A DNA stretch of 64,000 nt from Mytilus galloprovincialis (GCF_965363235.1 NC_134841.1:74589723-74653722); one strand, 5' to 3'; positions 1 to 11,829 are shown, counted from the first letter of the stretch. Notes: generated by a model from the sequence alone, not told the origin. Numbers and translations: made by a program.

Positions 1-419
1 CTTCTCAAATATGAAAAGTTTTAACTGTTCTCTACAATTTCCCGTTGAAAGTGGCTTGTTTGGAAGTAGAATGTTGTGTACACGTAACACTTATTTTAAG
101 TTTTCGAGCCTCCACACGGGCGCGAAATTGCAATCATCTTTCAATATCATTCATATTATTTTAACATACGATAAATGTTGTTGTTCCTTATATAATAATA
201 TTTTTTAGAGGTTTGATGAATCCAGGCATTGTTACTTTTATCAACACACGTCTCTTAGGTATTCTTTTTCAATTTGAAAATGTCCATGTGCCAGTGTTCT
301 AATTCCATCTTTTAAAATATAACGTGTGTCATCTTGTGTGTTAGTTTCTAAAGTCACCACGTTTTAAAGGTAACTGCGAATGACGTTCATTTTTCTATGA
401 CAACTTTGATAGGTCATAA

Positions 420-3400
420 AACACGTCTGGTAATCGTTACACGGAATATTCTGTCGATTGACCTGTTTGGTTTTTCCTTAAGCTTTCCTTGTGTTTTAAC
501 CATCATTCATTCGATATTAAAACATCTTGCACGAAGCCCTACAAACTCAGCAATCATTTGACCACCAAATGTATCTTCAAACACACCAATCACTATTTTC
601 TGACGTTGTTTGGAATTCAACGATAGGTTGTCCGTACAATAGTTAAATGTGTTAAACTTGTTTTGAATTTGAGATATCATGTCTTTAGAAAGTCGTCAGT
701 TTGAATTTAATAGACTAAATTATCAGTGTCGGTAAACAATAGCCGAACTTTGTTCCCGAAGGTTTCATAATGAATGTCGTACATTAAAATCTTTGAAATG
801 TCTAAGATGCATGCTCCCAAATACACAGGCTTGTCAAATTTGAGTTCGGTTTTCTTCATGTGTACGATTGTTTTTCGGTAGTCACTTATTTTGTATTCAT
901 CCGTTTAAGTATGTTTACCATGGTATTTCCAAACTTTTGTTCATCAGTTTGAAAAAAAATGTTTTTTCAGACACGGTGCGAGTGGTGGTTATGGTTATAA
1001 GGTTAATATTCAGGTAAATGCAAATTTCAAGCCTACATGATTATTTAAATTTTAACACATGATACACTTTTGTTAATACCAACACATTGGAATAACTCTG
1101 TTTCAAATTTCTATTATAAAGAACATACTTTACACCTTTGTCGGATTTGAATACGGTACCAACTTATGAAACTTGTTCATTTCTGTTTTCATGTAAAAAC
1201 AATAAATCGTTAAGCTTATCGTAAAGGTCGACTGAGTAACCAAATCCCATTCAATTATGTACCCAACCTCATCCTCCTCTTTCCACATGTCAATGACTTC
1301 AAAGTCGTCCACCAATTCAAAACCCTTGTTGGCTACGGTTCTGACATGGCCAACACATACTCATAGTTAGTACTACTAGTTAAGTATTCCAAAAAAGTCA
1401 TTGGGAAGGTTGTGGAGGGTCGCATTCACTCATGTATTTGTTGTTGGCCACCCAATGTCGATGGCTTATTTGAGCACAGTCCCCTCTCTTGCTTATTCAA
1501 ACATAAGTAACATGTCTGGGTCGTGTAACAATTGTGATCTAACTTTGCTTATATTTAACGCCGAATCGTAAGCTATCACTGATGACGTGTAATAATGAAA
1601 TACGTCAAGGCCCGTAAGCTTTTAAACAAATGACACTAGTTTTCAAATATATCATCCAATTGCACAACGTCTCCTTTCAAGTACACATCATGGTAGTCTT
1701 GTAATGTTTGACAATTAAATCTAGTTAACACATGTTTTGCTTGAGCATAGTCAGCCACACTAATGTGTTCATTGTTAAGTCGGTTGTAAAACTGGTCAGC
1801 AGATGGTAGTTGTATTTTCTTCTTCTTATGAGGACCCTTCATGGAATCGTAAGGGTACATACTTTGTTTATCATTCATTCATAGTGCTCCTAAAAACAAG
1901 ACTTCAATACCTTACATTGGTTCAGCTTTAAATGGCTAAATATATAAAATAACATAAACATACATTTATCAATGAATAGAATTTCTTACCCATCAACTTT
2001 CTTAGAAAGACTACTGTTCTCTTCATCGGTATTTGGAATGCAGTTCACTTCAAAAACAGTATAACCCAATGCCTTTACGAACAAGTAGGCGTCATACATT
2101 GTTAAGTTGTAAAATATATTGGAAACATAGGTAAGTAAGTTTAAGTTACATTAATTATCTGTGCTGCATCACGATACTTACGATCAAGTGGTCGCGATCA
2201 CGCACTTTGCCTTCCCCTAATTCATCATCGCACATGTGACAACGTGAACTCGCTTTAAAACATTGGGGATCTTCTTCAGTCATCACCAGGTCTTTTTATC
2301 CATGTACATGTCTGCAATGTCCTACATCTCCTTTTCCTTACAAGCCACACATATATAACCATGTCACCCCCTGGGTACACCTTTGTTTCTTTGAATTTTC
2401 CAACATCATACCTGACTCGGTAGTAAAAAAACCTGAAGGTGTATTTTGTTGGTAAGCATTCGTGTAAGCTTTTGACTTGTCAGGTTGGCATGTGTCTATA
2501 TGTTATAAGTAACATTAAACGTCAGCATAATTAACATAAGGAAATCGCATTTTACGTTTACAGTTGTATATCTTATAAAGGTATCTTCTTCAGGTATCTT
2601 GATTTTCACTCCAGCCCTCTAATCCCAATACTATAAATTTTCGTCTAAAATGTCTTCTCTCAAACAGTGCTTCTTACACTTTCGACAAAAAATACTTTAA
2701 CATTGTAGATGACACTTGGGCTCTGAACAAATGTGATAAACTTTTTTTATCTAGCAGTAATGTTGTTTAGTTACATGTCTGCGTGGGTTCTGTCCTTTCC
2801 GATGTTCTTTGAAATTTTTCTCGGGTTCTTCATTTTTTTAATCGTTGTTGTTTATTTCAACACCATCATACCCAAACACGTTAATAGAAAAGCTAGTTCT
2901 AGTATTTAACCTTTAAAATTGGTCAATGTGTTTCAAACACATGGAGGAAACTAAACCCTTCTGGTTCAACTCATTTTCACGTTTTTTTTTTATATTGGCG
3001 CACTTTGTGTGTACTTTTCTGAGTCACCTCTTTATGTGTACTTTTGATAACACAGCTCACGTTAATAATGGCCTTCTTTTGTGCTAGTTTTACTGAAAGG
3101 CGAATGTAAGATTTACCCTTCAGGGGTACAATTTATCCATATGAAGGTGTAATTTTACAATATGTCTTCACGGTCACCCCCTTCAATCACGCATGCAATG
3201 TGCTATACTTTCATAACTTTTAACGTTAGTTAAGTGTCTTAGTTGGTTGATTCAGTAAAAATAACTTCAGTTGATCTAAAAAATGGAACGAATTTCACCT
3301 GTTGCGGGGTTGGTTTTTACCAACTCTACTCGAAGCATCTACTGTACCTTCGATGCCTTCTTAACTTTTGTGCTTCTGACATTTTACTAATCAAATGTAT

Positions 3401-3700
3401 GCAAAGCACTTCGACTTGCCTAACAATGGTTCAATGGTCACTGTGGTAATTTTCTACCATCTTTCACCTTAATAACAGATTCCTTCTCTATGTCTTGTTG
3501 AAGTCGTATTTCCTTAATCTAGATGTATAAGGTATACCACGTTTTTTTTGCTTGTAGTATAAATTCATTTTTAGGAAACACTTCTGTACGGGTTCACACA
3601 TGATGCGTTATGACTCCAATAAGCTTTACCAGCACTTCCTTTGGTTTTCTACTTTATCCTTTTAACCCAAAATCCTTTGCCAAGAGGGTACCTGTTTTAA
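420..3700. repeat. Segmental duplication, copy 1 (paralog of 29990-33312, same orientation, roughly 80% identity)
   Basis: By eye, long stretches of 420-3690 align to 29990-33312 (e.g. 421-860 vs 29990-30440; 2160-2290 vs 31090-31200; 3040-3300 vs 32640-32900). Copy 1 keeps ~615 bp (about 1130-1745) that copy 2 lacks. Copy 1 lacks the ~818-bp ribozyme tandem present in copy 2. Confidence 0.6.
1630..2290 (-). pseudogene. Degenerate TE-derived coding remnants: Endonuclease-VII-like HNH motif exon (2164-2290, ends at a GTAAGT donor) and a PolB-exonuclease-like segment (1636-1878)
   Basis: Minus-strand translation 2290-2164 reads ...CHMCDDELGEGKVRDRDHLI followed by gtaagt. This resembles the CxxC...(K)VxDHDHxTG zinc/HNH motif of phage T4 endonuclease VII-type domains. 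ORF 1636-1878 contains ...DYHDVYLKGDVVQLDDIFEN, resembling an Exo-III-like YxxxD motif of protein-primed B-family polymerases. The paralog at 31100-31230 is frameshifted. Domain assignment is from memory, not a search. Confidence 0.25.
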
Positions 3701-4029
3701 GTAGTAAACTTATAACCTGTTGGGCATCACTAGCCCTTATGAGACGTTGGGAATGATTTTCTGGTGAATACATACTCCGGAAAATATTTGTTTCCTTTAT
3801 ATTATTTTCATGCAAAATGTGACTAGTCTACCAAACTCAAGGTGGTTTTTGAAAAGTTCCTCTTATACATATTCCTGCAAATATCGAAATGTTTCTTTAA
3901 CTCAACATACACTTATATATTCTTTACAGAAACAAAAAATCAATTGTAAATTCTCTTGAAAGGGTTCTATGAAAATATGAATCTGTTTTATTAGCTAGGT
4001 ATGACATCAGTTTCACGTTTAAAGTAGCA

Positions 4030-4724
4030 TCTCAACAAACTTCCCAGATTAACAACACATTTGGTACTTCTCGGCATATTTCTACGGCAATGTTCCGAAC
4101 CAGACCTAGCTCATTTTAAAAGATATTGACCTGGACTACTCCTTCCTTAAATATTTTTTTGTGATCCGGGCACCTCGGCCATAGTAAGGATTCAAAGTTG
4201 TGTTTTAACGAACTTTTCATTTCAACCACACAATCGGTACTTTTCGGCATCTACCTACGGCAAAGTTCCGAACCGGACCTAGCTCATTTTAAAGGTATTA
4301 ACCCAAGCTATTCCCCACTTAAATATTTTTCTGGGATCCGGGCCCGTCTGGCCACCACAGAGGTTCAAAGTTGCCAATTTACGTATTTTCCATATCAACC
4401 ACACATTCGGTACTCCTCGACATATCCCTACGGCAAAGTTCCGAACCGGACCTAGCTCATTTCAAAGGTATTGATCCAAGCTATTTGCCAGTCAAATATT
4501 TTTCTGGAATCCGGGCCCGTCTGGCCACCACAGAGGTTCAAAGGTGCCCCTTAACGTAATTTTCCGTATTAACCATATGCATACATTCGGTACTTTTCGG
4601 CATATACCAACGGCAAAGTTCCGAACCGGACCTAGCTCATTTTAAAGGTATTGACCCAAGCTATTCCCCACTTAAATATTTTTCTGGGATCCGGGCCCGT
4701 CTGGCCACCACAGAGGTTCAAAGT
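4030..4724 (+). repeat. Short array (~4 monomers) of the ~175-bp satellite; distal monomers diverged, proximal ones near-identical to the big arrays
   Basis: Repeating cggcaaagttccgaaccggacctagctcatttyaaaggtattgaYccaagctattYcc...ttttctgggatccgggcccgtctggccaccacagaggttcaaag. Overlapping ORFs 4198-4455 and 4371-4559 translate to the same peptides as the ORFs in the large arrays. Confidence 0.85.
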
Positions 4725-5355
4725 CGTTTTAGGGTGGTCACCGTCATTTAAGCAGTCTCTGGTAGGTGTTGATTATTAATTTCTTTTCTTTTTTGGCTTT
4801 CCATAAGTATTTCTATGTATATTTCTATATGTTTCTGAAGTAATTGGATTGTGTTTCATATTTTATATATTAAATTACATCTTTGGTGAATCCTCTGTAA
4901 TGTTTTATTGATAAAAATCTATATAACATAAAGACAAATATACAACTTGTATCAGGGTTTATATTCGAGGACAACGAAAATTTATGGCAGCCTGAAGGGG
5001 TCATAGAATGGTATCTTTTCCCTCAGGCTTTATAGTGATTTTCAACTAAATTTAAATATTGAACCGACGGCTAGCAGTCGGTTGGATATTGAATATTAAT
5101 TATCGAATGTCAAATAAAGGACAGATTGCTTACATACATATTTAAAACGGAATTAAATGCTTTAGAAATTACCAGAAACCGTGAAATTGTCGATTCCGCT
5201 GTTAGATTGCATTTAACTAAGATTTAGCGATTTTTGGAACGTTTGAGTCTCACGCAGTTTTTTGGTTTTTAGACATATCGTCAAAATTGGCTGCTGGAAA
5301 AAAGTAGCTGCTATCTTGATTGGCCGATAAAAGTGGCTGCCAGCTTGAGTCTGGT
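4725..5355 (+). mobile_element. Conserved ~620-bp satellite-flanking module, copy 1 (candidate terminus of a satellite-carrying Helitron/MgE-like element)
   Basis: The same sequence (agtcgt(t/c)ttagggtggtcaccgtcatttaagcagtctctggtag ... gtggctgccagcttgagtctggt) recurs at 44695-45333 (+) and reverse-complemented at 12464-13100. It is always joined to the satellite at the identical junction. It contains the palindrome aaccgacggctagcagtcggtt. Confidence 0.6.
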
Positions 5356-6214
5356 ACAAAATCAAGATATTTTAAAATAGGTGTTCAAACACCCAGTTCA
5401 TTGTTAGATATTAACTTCAAAATCATGATTTCCATCGTAAGAAAAGAAAGAACAATATTATTTACCCGATAAATACAATACATTTGTATTAACCAATTAT
5501 ATATATATATGTTACAGGCATTTTCTAAATTTAGGCCTAATATTGACAGGCATTATACAAAATGACTAAAAATACCTAGTCATTTTGTAAAATGACTAAA
5601 ATTTTGAGACAAAATTCAACAAATTGCCTGTTCAGTTTCAGGCAATTTGTAGAAGAATGATATCGTTGAGATGCATATAACAAAAGTGGACAAAAACAAA
5701 ATATCTTGCTAAGAAAATAACTAATGGTTCGATATAATGAATTTATTCTCCAAAAACCTGCTGGGAAGATTTATATGTCATATATGATGTTTTCTTTTTA
5801 GTAAAACTACGTTAAGTATGCACTGGCTCTGTATTTCAGATAGTAGATAGTTTTTGGTGTGGTTCGTGTTGCTTCTTCATCGAGTTTTATGTTGTGTCAT
5901 GTGTACTATTGTTTGTCTGTTTGTCTTTTTCAGTTTTAGCCATGGCGTTGTCAGTTTATTTTCAATTTGTGATTTTGACTGTCCCTCTGGTATCTTTCGT
6001 CTCTCTTTTTCACTAAAAACTGGGATTAAATTTTTTGAGCCATAGACTTAAACTAAAGACAAAAACAGTTTGTCAATAGTCTAGGCTCACGTCAATTAAA
6101 GTAAGAGGGAAATTACAGCTGCGTATAGACAGGTACGGGTCCAGGATGTGAAAAACGTTCTACGGGCAATCCACTGTGGAGATTGATACAGCAACTTGTA
6201 ATAAAAGAATCCGA

Positions 6215-6367
6215 CAGAAGAGGATTTAGGGGGTCATGGTACCCGTCCCCTTTTTGTGGGAAAAAAAGATTATTATTTCGGAATCACTGAAGCATGACTG
6301 GACCCCCCCCCCCTTTAATAGCAGTCAGTGGGCCACCCATTATGGAAATTTCTGGATCTGCCTCTGG
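6215..6367 (+). mobile_element. MITE-like element, copy A (same family as the insertion at 9836-9995)
   Basis: Shares ...ggatttaggggg...gggaaaaaa...ggaatcactgaagc(a/g)tgactgga...cagtcagtgggcc...tatgRaaatttctggatc(t/c)gcc(t/a)ctgg with copy B. Terminal inverted repeat approx CCAGAGGCRGAT. Internal poly-C/G runs. Confidence 0.5.
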
Positions 6368-6384
6368 TATAAAATGTATACTTA

Positions 6385-6575
6385 ATGTTAATAAGAAAAC
6401 TATCCAACACAGTCTCCGTATTAGGCATGAAATGTTAATAATAAAACTATCCAACACAGTCTCCATATTAGGCATGAAATGTTAATAATAAAACTATCCA
6501 ACACAGTCTCCATATAAGGCATGAAATATTAATAAGAAAACTATCCAACACAGGCTCCATATAAGGCGGATTTAA
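6385..6575. repeat. ~49-bp tandem repeat, ~3.8 copies
   Basis: The unit taataaNaaaactatccaacacagtctccRtatWaggcatgaaatRt is repeated head-to-tail. Confidence 0.75.
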
Positions 6576-6926
6576 GCAACTATAGGTTATCGAATGGCCT
6601 TCAATAATGAGAAACATCAATATGCTGTAGTCAGTTAAATATAAATTCCCGACATTACTAATCAAACCCGGAAAAAAATGTGTTCATTAAATAGTATATG
6701 ACAACACGGAAAACACATGCACCAATTAAACAACAAACAACGACAATGACCACCCAGACTTGCGACAATCACACGAATAGTTGGCATGGTTAAATATGTT
6801 TGGGAACGCTCAAACTCCCTCTAACTTGGAAAAAAGAGTGCCAATAAAAAAAAGTATAACATATATTTTTCCTAAGACTGTAGATCTCCTCTCACTAAAA
6901 ATAAAGAGGAATTGATGAAGTCAGTG

Positions 6927-6928
6927 CT

Positions 6929-6960
<32 letters not shown>
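6927..6960. repeat. Poly-T tract (~33 nt) followed at 7332-7362 by a (GT)n microsatellite
   Basis: ttttttttttttcttttttttttttttttttt at 6927-6960. gtgtgtgtgtgtgtgtgtgtg at 7332-7362. Confidence 0.8.
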
Positions 6961-8850
6961 TATCTCTGGGCAGTGGTGATTGTAGAACGAGCTTACTTTG
7001 TTTTAAAACATTGCTACGATAAGGGTGATGATTTAACTATTAATCGCAATGCCCAATATTTCATGTTTTCAGCTTTAAGTGGCCTCTGACTTGACGTGGC
7101 TCTCCCCTTCTAAAAAAAACCAAAACCAAACCCAAACAAACCTTCAATTGGTTTCGGACCGTGAAGCGGTTTGTTGCACTTTCATGCCAACTAGGGATAT
7201 CAATGTATCGAATATTTCAGAGTCATTGCATACCATGACCTAAAGGCTATTTGTTTTTAGTATTCCGTTACATTTTCAAATGAACGTTCGTATTGATGTC
7301 TATATAATATATACATAGACAGCTTCCTTTATAGCGTTATGTGTGTGTGTGTGTGTGTGTGAATCGTTTTATTTGTTTTTGTTATTTTGTTGAAATTATA
7401 TAATATATGTATGTCCATATATATCGTACTTAAAAATGGGGTTTAGTCAAGTCTACAGATTATATTGGTGGTGTTGTTTTATAAAAAGGTGGACACAAGT
7501 TTCATACAAAAAAAAATCATATATTACTAACGTATTCATGCTAACATTTGTGCAACAATACTATTTTTATAGTTCTAACATTCTTTTACATTTTGTCATT
7601 GAATTATGGACCGATCGAGTGTAATTTAACTTCTATTTCTCATTTGTTCTTTATGGTATGTTGACAAAGCTTTCCCAAAAATATCTTTATATGTTTCTTC
7701 ATGTTATTGCATAGTTAAATAGAAAATATTTTTAACTATAGTTTCCTTAGTTATTTTTGTCATTTTCATACATAACTGAGTTGATGTAACATTACCAGTC
7801 ATCACTAGGGATGATCGAGATATTGTACGAAATGTCCCAAATAAAAACCACATCAACAAAATAAGATGAACTCCGCACATGTCTTTCTGTTATAGAACGG
7901 ATTATAAAAGACGATTTTAATATTTCTACAATTTTAACTCTGTGAATATGTTGATTCTTTTAGGCCATATCGATCTTGAATATGATTTTTTTTTTACAGT
8001 TACAACAATATTAAATAAAAAGTAAAAGCATTGATTTTTACCGTTTTGAATAACAATAACTGGCAATATAACGTATTAAACAAGTAACTTTTCATTGAAT
8101 TTTTGAGATAAAAAAAAAGAAGAAAAAGATGCATCATGGTTAAGGATGTTCGCTCTTGTTGTTTTTAAATTTTTGTCATAAATTTTGAATTGTCGGGTTT
8201 TATCGATGTAATGCCAGTTAAAAAAAATTGCCCGCTCACCCCTACGTTTCTTTTTATAAATCTTATAAAATGCTTGTTATTTTTTCATATTTTTTTTTAA
8301 AGAAAACGTTACCAATGATAAGTGGATGAAAAATCTAGAGGGATTCATTTTCCGCCAAATTTTCAATGGCAACGAACCTTGATTCTTTTCTCCTTTTTAG
8401 CTCTATTATTTATGAACTATCAATTTGTAACGTCTTTTAAAAAGCTTGTTATTTTGAAACCGAGTAGCGAACAACATTAAAAGAGGGGGCGAAAGATACT
8501 AGGGGTACAGTCAAAATCATAAATCGAAAAAGACAAACAGACAAATAATATTATCCTGATTTAGAGTAATTTCTCGCAATTTGATTGGCTGATATTGTCC
8601 TAATAAATTTCAGTACAATTTTTTATCACGTCAATTGGAATTATCTCCCTTATTTATTACGTCAATTGAAATTATCTCCCTTATACCATTGACCTAATAA
8701 AAAAAATGAGTTGCTTTAATCATAATATTTTTTTTATTTTTCATAGTTTTAGATTAAATATCTAAAATACATTTGTTGATGTTCTAAAATTGGAATTATA
8801 ATTTCAATATAATAATATGTAATATAACAAAATCAGGATAAATTCGTTAC

Positions 8851-8978
8851 ACAGTGTTCAATTGTCCTAATACGAAATTTATCGGGTCAATAAAATTCAT
8901 ATCGGGTTTGGTTTCGCCTCACCCGATATGAATTTTATTGACCCGATAAATTCTCGTATTAGGACAATTGCACACTGT
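8851..8978. repeat. Large near-perfect palindrome (foldback): ~57-bp arms, 13-nt loop
   Basis: Left arm acagtgttcaattgtcctaatacgaaatttatcgggtcaataaaattcatatcgggt. Loop ttggtttcgcctc. Right arm is its reverse complement with 1 substitution and 1 indel. Confidence 0.75.
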
Positions 8979-9662
8979 AACTAATAGTACACAAGAAACA
9001 ACATAGAAAACTAAAGACTGAGCAACACGAACCCCTTCCTTGTGAACAGCAACCCTATCAAGGAAATCATGATAGGAAATATAAGCGCGAGAATATCGTA
9101 TCAATTGGGAGATATATACTCCGTATGCAGGCGCTACTGGAATGTTTCTACATAGAAATGGAAAGTTCACAATTGGGAAGCTGAAATCATTTCGGTTGTC
9201 GTTATGTAAGTCAAGATATGAGGCAGACTTAAATGTATCTGTTGTATTCTTTATCTCTAGTTCGATGGGATGGATGCGTTCAACATAGTCACCAAATTCT
9301 CAATTATTTAGTGTAGAGAGAACAACACCTAAAGGATATTGCTAACGTTTTATTTTTCTTCCTAAGAAGTTCCTATATGAAGTCAGTTAAATTACTCATA
9401 TCCTTTTGTAGTAGTGATAAAATATTTTTAAAATAGTCACAATAAATAAAACAAATCAGGCAAATTGCTAATCGTGTGTAAAAGGTATATTTCACTACAT
9501 GATTCACAGCTTGTAGGATATACATGCAATGAAATTTGGTAAAAAAAAATATAACGTTCTATTGAACTCTGAAATTGTTGCAATTTAGATGGATTCCAGG
9601 CCGATATCCTTTTTTTACAATACATCTTTTGCAGTTGTTAACCACGTTATCGGAACTGTGTA

Positions 9663-11506
9663 CTAACAGCGTCCGTACAATATAGGTCCACTAGCATTCG
9701 CAACTATAATTTTTTCATTCTTTACATCAAACTCGAGTCCAAAAGGATTATTAATTCCGTAATCTTTCCCAAGCAGCTTTCTTGCGTGTTTTCCATCCGA
9801 CGACAGTACAATTATACCATTGTTACCAGAAGAAGCCAGAGGCGGATTTAGGGGGGGGCAGGGGGCCCGGGCCCCCCTTTTTGGGAAAAAATGTGGTTGC
9901 TTATATAGGGAATCACTGAAGCGTGACTGGAGCGGGCCCCCTCTTAGGTCAGTCAGTGGGCCCCCACTTATGAAAATTTCTGGATCCGCCACTGGAAGCA
10001 ATATACACGTTTGAGTCTTTATCTATAGATATCCCTCGCGGACAAAGAACTGATTGATCTTTGTATTCCCACATCTTCTCTCCAGTCAATGAGCAGCATG
10101 TAACTGTATGGTGTAAGCTATTGGTATAAAATATCTTGTCTTTAGATGTTGTTATAAAACTCCAGTTTGTCAAGGTTTCGTCTTTAACCAAGGTAGAAGA
10201 GCAATTATCCAACACATTTACCTTCTGTATACCCAAGCCAGAATTACAGTATAATAAGTGGCCATCTCTGTAACATATACCGAAACAGTAACTGGTTGTC
10301 TTTATCGTGCTTTCAATTGAAATTTGTTAAAATGTTGATGATTGGAATTTGATTGGAAAATTGAAATGTAACAGCAACCGTCTTGTCATCGATACAAGTA
10401 ACATCTAATGGGTAGGAGCTTGACAATGATATGTAATTCTTTAAGGTTCCATCTTTGTTTAAGATCAGAAGACGTTGTTGTTTGTAGCCTAACAGAAAGA
10501 TATCTCCCGTACTAGAAAAAGAACACCCTCTGACACCAGTAAAGTTTTCCAATGTCATGTTGATATCATTAATATTGGTAGTTGTAGGTGATGCATGATG
10601 AATAGTTATAATCTGTGCTTGTTTGTCATTCTCAGTCTGCAAAACCACCAACGGAGAACTCGATTCAACAGATATTGAACAAAATGAAGTTACAGTAGAC
10701 AATACGTCGGATAGCTTGTCCTCAATGTTATAGTTCAAGTCTATCTTCTGTGAACTACCATCCTCAAATAATGACTGCATTAATATTTCATGTTTCTTAA
10801 TTTCTGTTTCAATCATTTTACTCCCAAGAAATGCCTGTAGGTCTGACGCATATTCTTTGACAGCTGACATATTAGTTTGCAATATATCAATATTTTCCGT
10901 ATGTTTAGCAAGTTTTCTCAGTAAATCTTCTATTTGTGCTTTAACTTTCTCTTCTGCAGAATATAAATCCTGATGTATTAGTTGTTCTAACCCGTCAAGG
11001 TGCGCGTTAATTTTATTATGAACCTTTTTTATTTCATCGCAAATTTTCTGCCTTTGATTCTGGATTTCTTCAAGATTTTGTTTCCGATCTTTTACAACTT
11101 TCTCGGCATTTATTTTGATATATTTCAGATTTTCATCAAGACTCTTCAATAAGACTGAAGTCTTTGCCGTTTGTATGACATTCTCCAGCGACAATATCCC
11201 AACACATTCAGCATGGTTGGACTGAATACACAGTGGACAACCGATACTTTCATGTTGCGGACAATACATCTGAAATTTTCTGTCATGCTGTGAACAGTAT
11301 GGTGATATTTTTGCTATTGAGGGAGGTAATTGTTTATAGTTGTCGACAGATATAACATCATGGTTACGTGAGGCTTTCGATGCATTCTGATACTGCAGAC
11401 ATTGAGATCAGAGTCCTTCGTCACATTCAGGGCACCAGTAGTCAGCATTTGTTGTCGTGTGCTGAGACTCACAAATACCACACGAAACTGTGCTCGATGA
11501 TGCCAT
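9663..11506 (-). pseudogene. TRIM-like (B-box1, B-box2, coiled-coil, NHL repeats; no RING) gene carrying three lesions; likely pseudogene
   Basis: Minus-strand frame from ATG at 11506: MASSSTVSCGICESQHTTTNADYWCPECDEGL[TGA]SQCLQYQNASKASRNHDVISVDNYKQLPPSIAKISPYCSQHDRKFQMYCPQHESIGCPLCIQSNHAEC... is B-box1 then B-box2. A long coiled-coil follows (ORF 10313-11269), then NHL-like repeats (..GICYRDGHLLYCNSGLGIQKVNV.., ..GISIDKDSNVYIASSG.., ..NNGIIVLSSDGKHARKLLGKDYGINNPFGLEFDVKNEKIIVANASGPILYGRC*). Lesions: (1) in-frame TGA at 11408-11410 where a B-box zinc-ligand Cys is expected. (2) A 1-nt frameshift near 10313-10326. (3) The MITE at 9836-9995. Confidence 0.6.
9836..9995 (+). mobile_element. MITE insertion (copy B, 160 bp) inside the NHL-repeat coding region of the TRIM-like gene; 3-bp target-site duplication AAG
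   Basis: Element ccagaggcggatttagggggg...cagtcagtgggcccccacttatgaaaatttctggatccgccactgg. It is flanked by aag at 9833-9835 and 9996-9998. Element plus one TSD is 163 nt (3n+1). Removing it fuses the upstream and downstream NHL reading frames exactly (..NVYIASSG|NNGIIVLSSDGK..). Confidence 0.65.
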
Positions 11507-11829
11507 TGAAGTCTTGATCTGCTAAAAATAAGACAATGTCCATTAGTCAAATTGTAGTTGCAGTTTGTTTGATGTGTACATTTATGTACATGTATACACA
11601 TCCATTGCTTAAGTGGTTGATTTATATATCACAGTTCTTGTTTCCTCAATTATCATATCTGGTCCTTTAAAATTGATAATACTAGTTGTGAAACAATGGC
11701 GTTTAACAAAAATATAAACCGTATAGTAAATTGTATATCATTTAGGCCTATGAACTTGCTTACCAGAAGAACTTGATCAAGATTTTTGAAGGCGTAAATA
11801 TGGTATCAATTAGAACAATGCCGTTGTAT

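Noticed and set aside
3243-3449. Various 60-100-aa ORFs in unique spacer DNA (e.g. 3243-3449, 5854-6045, 29303-29780, 52011-52490)
   Set aside because: Low-complexity or AT-rich with no codon periodicity, splice signals or recognisable motifs. Expected by chance in 64 kb of AT-rich eukaryotic DNA.
6300-6315. Long poly-C/G homopolymers inside the MITE copies (also 9840-9880, 54540-54560, 54640-54660) as possible G-quadruplex or regulatory elements
   Set aside because: They are internal features of the transposon family present in every copy. There is no evidence of locus-specific function. They also plausibly cause sequencing or assembly length errors.
11314-11601. ORF 11314-11601 (95 aa) overlapping the TRIM 5' region
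   Set aside because: It is an alternative frame of the TRIM B-box region. The biologically coherent frame (MASSSTVSCGICE...) is the one interrupted by the TGA.
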